Source: an uncultured Chloroflexia bacterium
GTDB lineage: Bacteria > Chloroflexota > Limnocylindria > Limnocylindrales > CSP1-4
Assembly: GCA_963699965.1 (NCBI GenBank)
Contig: CAVOVX010000006.1
Span: forward strand, 159,315 to 223,314
DNA length: 64,000 nt
Reading direction: 5' to 3'
The notes beneath the pieces are model-generated. The model worked only from the letters and a program-made list of their open reading frames with translations, had not been told where the DNA came from and ran no database searches. Shown here piece after piece: positions 10,466 to 16,624 of this stretch. Both the position numbers and the translations under genes were made by a program. Numbering within the stretch: position 1 is the stretch's first letter; the number at the start of each line of letters is the position of its first letter.

Positions 10466-11503
10466 TCAGCGGGTCAGGGTCACTTTGGTGAGGTTCCGCG
10501 GGACCTCCGGATCGATCCCTCGCGCGCGGGTCAGGTGATAGGCGTAGAGCTGGGCCGGCACGATCGACACGATCGGCCTAAGCCACTCGGGCACGCCCTC
10601 CGGGAGCGACATGGCGCGGGTGCCGACCGCCCGGATCGCCGGCGAGTCGGACAGGACGAGGACGTCAGCGGCGACCTCGCGGCGGAGCCGGCCGAGCAGT
10701 TCGACGAGCCCGGCGGTCGCACGACCCTCCGGCGCGACGGCGAGGACCGGGACGCCCGGCTCGATCAGGGCGACCGGCCCGTGCTGGAAATCGGCGGCCG
10801 AGTATGGGTCGGCGAAGACCTGGGCGAGCTCCTTGAGCTTGAGTGCCCATTCGCGGGCGGTGGCGTACTCGAATCCCCGCCCGAGGACGACGCAGCGATC
10901 GGTCGACGCGAGGTCGGTCGCGATCCGCTCGATCTCGGGCTCCGTCGCGAGCGCCTGCTGGATGACCGTCGGGACCGCCTCGAGCGCGTCGCTGGCGGCC
11001 GCGTCCGATCCGAGGGCGACCGACAGCCGGGCGATCGCGAGCAGTGACGTCGTGTAGGTCTTCGTCGCAGCAATCGCCCGCTCCGGCCCGGCGGCCAGCT
11101 CGATCACGTGTTCGGCCGCCTCCGCGAGCGGCGATCCCGGGTCGTTCGTGATGGCCAGCGTCGGAGCGCCCTGGTCGCGCGCAGCGGCGAGCACCCCGAC
11201 GATGTCCGGCGACGCTCCCGACTGGCTGATCCCGATGACGAGCGACCGGCCGAACCGTGGCACCACCCCGTAGAGCGACAGGATCGACGGCGCGGCGAGC
11301 GCGACCGGCAGGCGATGGACCGTGCCGAGCAGGTACTGGGCGTAGATCGCGGCGTGGTCGGACGACCCGCGGGCGGCGATCACGACCTGGTCGACCGGGT
11401 TGCGGCGAAGACGCTCGACGAGCCCGTCGAGCGCCGGCCGGCTCGACGCGAGCTGCCGCTGGGCGGCGGCCGGCTGCTCAAGGATCTCGTCGCGCAGGCT
11501 CAT
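10466..11503 (-). CDS. SIS-domain sugar-phosphate isomerase/deaminase family protein (GlmS C-terminal half / AgaS / FrlB-like)
   Basis: 345-aa ORF with two SIS modules (VVIAARGSSDHAA, VIGISQSGASPD, CVVLGRGFEYATAREWALKLKE). No glutaminase domain is present. Confidence 0.75.
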   Translation of the reverse strand: MSLRDEILEQPAAAQRQLASSRPALDGLVERLRRNPVDQVVIAARGSSDHAAIYAQYLLGTVHRLPVALAAPSILSLYGVVPRFGRSLVIGISQSGASPDIVGVLAAARDQGAPTLAITNDPGSPLAEAAEHVIELAAGPERAIAATKTYTTSLLAIARLSVALGSDAAASDALEAVPTVIQQALATEPEIERIATDLASTDRCVVLGRGFEYATAREWALKLKELAQVFADPYSAADFQHGPVALIEPGVPVLAVAPEGRATAGLVELLGRLRREVAADVLVLSDSPAIRAVGTRAMSLPEGVPEWLRPIVSIVPAQLYAYHLTRARGIDPEVPRNLTKVTLTR

Positions 11504-11612
11504 CGGCTCCTAGCCTACCCTCGTCCGGGGCCCACAGGCAGACGGCCGGTGCCGAATAGGTGCCGGCACGCCCTCGATCGGAGTGCCTCTCGCTGCCTGC
11601 GGTCCTTCGGCG

Positions 11613-11647
11613 CTGAACTTCTGGGCCGTTTCGGCGCCGAAGTTCAG
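11613..11647. promoter_or_regulatory. Inverted repeat CTGAACTTC-N17-GAAGTTCAG in a divergent spacer
   Basis: The two 9-bp arms are perfect (11613-11621 and 11639-11647). They lie between the divergent SIS gene (-) and uppS (+) and are AT-richer than the surroundings. Confidence 0.3.
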
Positions 11648-11777
11648 GACCGAGGCTTCTCGAGCAGCGATCGGTGCTCGGCTGGCGTCCGGAGTCCCGG
11701 CGCAGCAATCACCGCCCGTCGCGCGTCGAGCCAGCGCGAGTGCGACACTGAGCCGACGTCGACGCACGGAGAACGCA

Positions 11778-12677
11778 GTGACCCGACCGATCGACCCGCC
11801 GAGCAACCCGCCAACCGGCCTGGCCACGGGCCGGACCCGGCCATCGACAGCAGTCGCGGCGCGGGCCCGGCTCGGCCCCCTCTACCGACGGACCCGCGAC
11901 CTGGCCCTCAAGCCGGTCTATGCCTTCTACGTCACGCGGCTCGAGGCCGCGGTGATGGCCCATCCGAGGCCGGCCCACGTCGCGGTGATCATGGACGGCA
12001 ACCGGCGCTGGGCGACCGCCGAGGGATTCGCCGATCCCGGCGTCGGGCATCGGAAGGGCGCCGAGAAGGCGCTCGAGCTCATCGATTGGTGCGCCGACCT
12101 CGGGATCCGCGAGGTCACCCTGTGGGCCCTGTCGCTCGAGAACCTCGAACGGCCCGAGGACGAAGTCGGCAAGATCACCGCGGTCGCCGCCGAGGCCATC
12201 GCGGCCCTGGCCGAGGGTCGGCGCAAGACGAAGCTCCCGATCCACCTCCGGGTCATCGGCCGGCGCGACCTCCTGCCCGACGGGCTCGCCTCCGTCGTCG
12301 AACGCTCAGCCTCCCTGTCCCGCGACGACGGCGCGATGTCGGTCACGGTCGCCCTCGCCTACTCCGGCCGCGACGAGCTGCTCGAGGCGTTCCGAGCCAC
12401 CGTCCGCGACGCCGTCGAGGCGGGCACGCCGCCGGCCGAGCTGGCCGACTCGCTGACCGCCGACGCGCTCGCCGCCCACCTCTACACCCGTGGCTCGAGC
12501 GACCCGGACCTGATCATTCGCACTTCGGGCGAGGTCCGAATGTCCGGCTTCCTGCCCTGGCAGAGCGTGTACGCCGAGTACCACTTCGCCGAGGCCTACT
12601 GGCCCGCCTTCCGCGAGATCGACTTCCTCCGCGCCATCCGCACCTACCAGCAACGCGCCCGCCGCTTCGGGCGGTAG
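11778..12677 (+). CDS. uppS: Isoprenyl transferase / undecaprenyl diphosphate synthase family (cis-prenyltransferase)
   Basis: Motifs HVAVIMDGNRRWA, LWALSLENLERP, RTSGEVRMSGFLPWQ and FLRAIRTYQQRARRFG. I chose the GTG at 11778 because GGAGA lies 5 nt upstream. The ORF is open from 11583. Confidence 0.85.
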   Translation: MTRPIDPPSNPPTGLATGRTRPSTAVAARARLGPLYRRTRDLALKPVYAFYVTRLEAAVMAHPRPAHVAVIMDGNRRWATAEGFADPGVGHRKGAEKALELIDWCADLGIREVTLWALSLENLERPEDEVGKITAVAAEAIAALAEGRRKTKLPIHLRVIGRRDLLPDGLASVVERSASLSRDDGAMSVTVALAYSGRDELLEAFRATVRDAVEAGTPPAELADSLTADALAAHLYTRGSSDPDLIIRTSGEVRMSGFLPWQSVYAEYHFAEAYWPAFREIDFLRAIRTYQQRARRFGR

Positions 12678-12750
12678 CGGCGAAGGCGAAACGCGACCAG
12701 CCCGTCGCTACACTGGGGCCCGGCGATGATCCGTAGTCGAGGGTGGTCGC

Positions 12751-15615
12751 GTGGGGACCGCTGCGGAGCCAGGGGACACCGGGGCGGCACAGGCTGGTGG
12801 TCCTGGCCCGGACCGACCGGCCGACTATCGCACGTTCCTCATCGCGGACATTCGCGGCTACACGAGCTACACCGACGAGCACGGTGACGAGGCCGCCGCG
12901 GCGCTCGCCAACCAGTTCGCAAAGATTGTCCGGGCGACGGTCGAGGCGCGCGACGGGACGCTCGTCGAGCTCCGCGGCGACGAGGCGCTGACCGTCTTCA
13001 CTTCCGCCCGTCAGGCCCTCCGCGCCGCGGTGGAGCTCCAGGCGCGGATCGCCGACGAGCACCTCCCGCGCGGGGTCGGGATCGGCCTCGATGCCGGCGA
13101 GGCCGTCCCCGTCGAGGGCGGCTACCGCGGCACGGCGCTCAACGTCGCTGCGCGGCTGTGCGCCCAGGCCGCCGCCGGCGAGGTCCTCGCGACCGAGACG
13201 GTCATCCACCTGGCCGCCCGGATCGAGGGAATCCACTACCGCGAGCCCCGGTCGATGCGACTGAAGGGGTTTGAGAGCCCATTCCGGGTCGTCGGCGTCC
13301 TGGCCGAAGCTGCCTCGCAGAGCGCTGCGCGGAGCCCGCGGGGACGGGCTGTGGCGGGCCCGCTCGATCGTCGTCCGGCGATCGCCGCGCTCGTTGCGGT
13401 CGCGGTCCTCGTCGTCGGCGGCGCGCTCGTCTTCACCCAGGGCCTCGGTGGCCGCGGGTCGGCCGCGCCGGGGTCGTCGGCGGGAGGTCCGCCGGGCGCC
13501 GGTGGATCCTCGTCGCTCCCGGCCGGGAGCGACGGGGCAAGCCTCGGCCCGATCGGGTCCGGCGCGGTCACCGGTCTCGGCGGCTCGCCGGGGACCTCGC
13601 CCGGATCGTCGCCGGCCATCCCCGCGACGGACGTTCCGATGTACAAGGGCGGCCTCGGCCGAACGAACCAGATGCCCGGACCGGCGATCGAGCGCAGCCC
13701 CGAGGTTCGCTGGCAGCTCCAGACCGGGTCGGACATGGGCGGCGGCCCCGCTGTCGCGGACAACTTCGTGTTCGATGGGAGCATCGACGGGACCCTCCAC
13801 GTCGTCGACCTGGCCACGGGCAAGGAGGTCTGGACCTTCGCCGCCGGGGCGCCGATCCTGACGGTCCCGACCGTCGTGGACGGATCCGTCTACGTGACCA
13901 CCGATGATGGGGTCTTCCACGCAGTCGACCTCGCGACACATGCCGAACGGTGGCGCGTTCCGGGGGTCGCGGTGGGATCGGTCCCGACGGTCGTCGGCGA
14001 CCTCGCCTACGTCGGGATCGGCTCCGGCCGATTCGCGGCCCTGGCGACGACCGACGGCCACGAGGCATGGCACGTCGACGTCGAGGGGACGGCGAACCGC
14101 AACGCGATCGCCGGCAACGTCGCCTACGTCGTCGGCGAGGACAGCGACCGGGTTTACGCCATCGATCTCAGCACGCACGCGATCCGCTGGAGCGCGGCCA
14201 CCGGTGCGGCTAGGCTCCTGACACCGGCAGTCGACGGCGACACGGTCTACGTCACGGTCGTCAATGTCGCGAACAAGGACAGCCGGGTCGTCGCCCTCGA
14301 CGCCGCGACCGGGGAGCAGCGCTGGCGGTTCGTCCCACCCGACCGCGCGAGCCTCGCGAGCCTGGCGGTTGGCGCCAATCGGGTGTACTCGACGTCCGAC
14401 GGCCCGAGCGGCACGACGAATGTCTGGGCCATCGATCGCGGGACCGGCGAGCTCGGCTGGACGGCCATCGTGCCGGGCTCGTTCGGGATCCATCCAGTGC
14501 CGGTCGGCGACGAGGTCGTCGTCGCGTCGAGCAACGGCGCGGTCGAGGCGCTGACGGCGGCGACGGGCAAGGAGGTGTGGCGATTCGTCGGCGCGGACCG
14601 GCCGGTGGGCAGCCCGATCGTCACGGGCGGGCTCCTGATCTCCGCCACCAGCGCGGGGACGTCGCCGGCGGGGATCGTGGCGCTCGGCGCCGGGCAGGAA
14701 TCCCCCGCCACGGTGCCGGCCTCCGCGATCGAGTGGATCGAGGACCTCACGGCGGGCGACGGCAAGCCGACCCTGTATCTGAACGTGATGCTCGACGCCA
14801 AGGGCAACATCTATGGCGCTGACCGGATGAGCGATCGGGTTGTCATCTGGGATCGCCAGGGGCGGCCGACGTCGTGGGGCACGCACGGCTCGAAGCCGGG
14901 CCAGTTCGACTTCAGCGAGGTCACGATCGGCGATCAGAGTCAGAGCGTCGCGATCGCAGGTGACGGGCGGATAGCGGTCGGCGACGGCGGTAACCACCGG
15001 GTCCAGGTCTTCGACGCAAAGCGGCACTTCCTGATGGCGATCGGGCACGAGGGCCAGGACAACGGCGAGTTCATCAACCCATGCTGTGTGGCATTCGACC
15101 CGGCCGGCCGGCTGTACGTGGCCGACCCCGGGCGGGGCGACATCCAGGTCTTCGACAAGAAGGGTCGCTTCGTCCGGACGATCGGCAGCCAGGGCAGCGG
15201 CAACGGCCAGTTCGACCGCCTCGGCGTGCCCTACATCGACCCGGCAACGGGCGACCTGTGGATCCCCGACTTCGCCAATCGCCGGATCCAGGTCATGACT
15301 CGCGAGGGCCAGTTCGTTGCCGCGTTCGGCGATGGCTCGAACGGCACGCAGGCGCTCGACCAGACGAACGGCGTCGTCCTGGACCGGGGCGGCCGGATGT
15401 GGATCGTCGACACCGACAACTTCGTCTACGTCCTCGACCCGGTTGGCCGGCTCATCGCCCGGCTCGGGCCCGAGGTCGTTGCCGGCCACGGCGACATCGC
15501 CCCGTCGTACCTGTGGCTGACCGATGACGGGAAGCTCTACCTTCCCGACACCGACAACGACCGGGTCGCGGTGTTCCAGCTCCACGAACCGCTCTGGCCG
15601 CCCCCGGGAGGCTGA
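12751..15615 (+). CDS. Class III cyclase domain - TM - PQQ-like beta-propeller - NHL-repeat receptor protein
   Basis: 954-aa ORF. Cyclase motifs are FLIADIRGYTSY, LRGDEALTVF and GTALNVAARL. The TM segment is AIAALVAVAVLVVGGALVF, followed by a Pro/Ser/Gly linker. BamB/PQQ-like repeats (GTLHVVDLATGKEVW, VYAIDLSTHAIRW, VVALDAATGEQRW) come next. NHL-like repeats follow (GQFDFSE, VAIAGDGRIAVGDGGNHRVQVFD, GRLYVADPGRGDIQVFD, RIQVM). Confidence 0.85.
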   Translation: MGTAAEPGDTGAAQAGGPGPDRPADYRTFLIADIRGYTSYTDEHGDEAAAALANQFAKIVRATVEARDGTLVELRGDEALTVFTSARQALRAAVELQARIADEHLPRGVGIGLDAGEAVPVEGGYRGTALNVAARLCAQAAAGEVLATETVIHLAARIEGIHYREPRSMRLKGFESPFRVVGVLAEAASQSAARSPRGRAVAGPLDRRPAIAALVAVAVLVVGGALVFTQGLGGRGSAAPGSSAGGPPGAGGSSSLPAGSDGASLGPIGSGAVTGLGGSPGTSPGSSPAIPATDVPMYKGGLGRTNQMPGPAIERSPEVRWQLQTGSDMGGGPAVADNFVFDGSIDGTLHVVDLATGKEVWTFAAGAPILTVPTVVDGSVYVTTDDGVFHAVDLATHAERWRVPGVAVGSVPTVVGDLAYVGIGSGRFAALATTDGHEAWHVDVEGTANRNAIAGNVAYVVGEDSDRVYAIDLSTHAIRWSAATGAARLLTPAVDGDTVYVTVVNVANKDSRVVALDAATGEQRWRFVPPDRASLASLAVGANRVYSTSDGPSGTTNVWAIDRGTGELGWTAIVPGSFGIHPVPVGDEVVVASSNGAVEALTAATGKEVWRFVGADRPVGSPIVTGGLLISATSAGTSPAGIVALGAGQESPATVPASAIEWIEDLTAGDGKPTLYLNVMLDAKGNIYGADRMSDRVVIWDRQGRPTSWGTHGSKPGQFDFSEVTIGDQSQSVAIAGDGRIAVGDGGNHRVQVFDAKRHFLMAIGHEGQDNGEFINPCCVAFDPAGRLYVADPGRGDIQVFDKKGRFVRTIGSQGSGNGQFDRLGVPYIDPATGDLWIPDFANRRIQVMTREGQFVAAFGDGSNGTQALDQTNGVVLDRGGRMWIVDTDNFVYVLDPVGRLIARLGPEVVAGHGDIAPSYLWLTDDGKLYLPDTDNDRVAVFQLHEPLWPPPGG

Positions 15616-15662
15616 GCGCACCCGACGGCGCCAGCGGGTAGTCCGCGAACCGCGCACTCTTC

Positions 15663-15740
15663 GGCCCAGGCTGCGGGGCCCAAGCGGCATCCCCCTCGGC
15701 CCAGGCAGCATATCCTCGGCCCAGGCTCCTTGGCCCAGGC
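15663..15740. repeat. Five dispersed copies of GGCCCAGGC (one is GGCCCAAGC)
   Basis: Copies at 15663, 15677, 15698, 15718 and 15732, mostly preceded by C(T/C)(T/C). They begin 48 nt after the stop of the cyclase-PQQ-NHL gene. Confidence 0.85.
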
Positions 15741-15917
15741 GGCGTCTCCTTCAGCTCGAGTTCTGACAGATGCACACCACGCGAGCGTTCGTCGACCCGA
15801 AGACGCTCCCTGGCCAAAGCTCGAGAGGAAGATCGTCCCGAGTCACGCTCGTCGCGGGATGGATTCCGTTCGGATCGACGCCGGAGGCCCGCAGCGTGTT
15901 GTCGAATGACCGCCTCG

Positions 15918-16038
15918 CGTGCATCTGACAAGGATCGCCGCCGGGGGCACGCATCTCGCACGAAACGCGGCCGGGGGGCGCATCTCGCACGAAGCGCCGC
16001 CGTGGGGCGTGCGTCTGCACATTGCGTCGTCGCCGGTG
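15918..16038. repeat. Degenerate tandem repeat of about 30 bp, 4 units (core GCATCT(C)GCAC ... CGCCGCCGGGGG)
   Basis: Units at 15918-15947, 15948-15978, 15979-16007 and 16008-16038. Unit 1 (GTGCATCTGACA, 15919-15930) is also an 11/12 inverted match to TGACAGATGCAC at 15764-15775. Confidence 0.8.
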
Positions 16039-16161
16039 ATCGCCGCCACCCGATAGGTCCAATACCGCACGCCCGTTCTATACTGACCTGGCCGCGCGGC
16101 TCCTCGGAGACGGGCAGACCCGTCGCAACAGCCTGGCGTCGGGCGACCGCGAGAACCCATC

Positions 16162-16251
16162 GTGTCCACACGTTGTCCACCCCCGTCCCGAGCCTGTCCA
16201 CGCTCCCTGGCGACCTGTCCACGCTCGGAGGCCCAGTCGTCCACATCCACA
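16162..16251 (+). promoter_or_regulatory. Array of six DnaA-box-like 9-mers, all in the same orientation, upstream of nrdJ
   Basis: GTGTCCACA 16162, TTGTCCACC 16173, CTGTCCACG 16194, CTGTCCACG 16215, TCGTCCACA 16237 and ACATCCACA 16243. Start-to-start spacing is 11, 21, 21, 22 and 6 bp. The high-GC actinobacterial DnaA-box consensus as I recall it is TTGTCCACA / YYRTCCACA. Confidence 0.55.
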
Positions 16252-16295
16252 GCATGTAGCGGTGCGTGACTTCACCAGACCACTACATGTTGTGT
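16247..16295 (+). promoter_or_regulatory. Two NrdR-box-like 16-bp palindromes
   Basis: CCACAGCATGTAGCGG (16247-16262) matches the recalled consensus acaCwAtATaTwGtgt at 10/16. CCACTACATGTTGTGT (16280-16295) matches at 13/16. Their starts are 33 bp apart, and the pair abuts the -35 element. Confidence 0.5.
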
Positions 16296-16302
16296 TTTCG
16301 GC

Positions 16303-16331
16303 TTGACGCGCATATTCGCCAGGCGTAGAGT
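16303..16331 (+). promoter_or_regulatory. Sigma70-type promoter TTGACG-N17-TAGAGT for nrdJ
   Basis: The -35 is at 16303-16308 and the -10 at 16326-16331, with an exact 17-nt spacer. It lies about 290 nt upstream of the nrdJ start. Confidence 0.5.
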
Positions 16332-16624
16332 TTGAAGGTCGCTCGGCCACCAGGAACGGCGGCCGGAACGACCGCTCGGATCGCCCGATCGGCGACCCGA
16401 AGGAACGCCGGATCCTCGTCCGGTCAGACAGTCAACGGAGGCAAGGTCGCAGCTACATCGCATCGACCGGCCTCGCCCGCCCGGATCCAACAAACCGGTC
16501 GCGGGCCCGCCGCCCAAGCCCATCGAGCTCGCCGCCGTGGACGGAGAGCCTGATCGCCACCGCCGCCGACCCGCGGCACCAGAGCCCCCGCCAACCGCCC
16601 AGCGATTCGGAGGAGTGAGGAACG

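Noticed and set aside
12514-15711. Very long antisense ORFs. Examples are 12514..15711(-) at 1065 aa, 808..2172(+), 7879..10140(+), 16424..18094(-), 27192..28868(+), 28902..30566(+), 36665..38194(+), 38985..40220(+), 43388..44743(+), 44693..45988(-) and 60936..62528(+).
   Set aside because: Their translations are Arg/Pro/Gly/Asp-rich low-complexity strings with no recognisable motifs. Each lies opposite, or 5' of, a gene with clear family signatures. This is typical stop-codon-poor shadow ORF behaviour in very GC-rich DNA.
15918-16038. Possible CRISPR array (30-bp repeated units)
   Set aside because: The units are directly adjacent with no unique spacers and are degenerate. There are only four of them, and no cas genes are nearby.
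15751-16255. Minus-strand ORFs in the nrdJ upstream spacer (103, 135 and 267 aa)
   Set aside because: Their internal amino-acid repeats merely mirror the DNA tandem repeats and GTCCAC array. There are no Shine-Dalgarno sequences or family motifs.
15616-16624. Chromosomal replication origin (oriC)
   Set aside because: The DnaA-box-like cluster is real. However, no dnaA/dnaN/rpmH/gyrB context is in the window. All boxes are in one orientation. I see no AT-rich unwinding element (the richest stretch is only GTTCTATACTGAC at about 16074). A promoter-proximal regulatory array for nrdJ is the more economical reading. This is not excluded without genome-wide GC-skew.
16332-16624. Cobalamin riboswitch in the nrdJ leader
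   Set aside because: I could not find a B12-box-like element or the conserved core. Biologically, B12 riboswitches normally repress B12-independent RNRs rather than the B12-dependent NrdJ.
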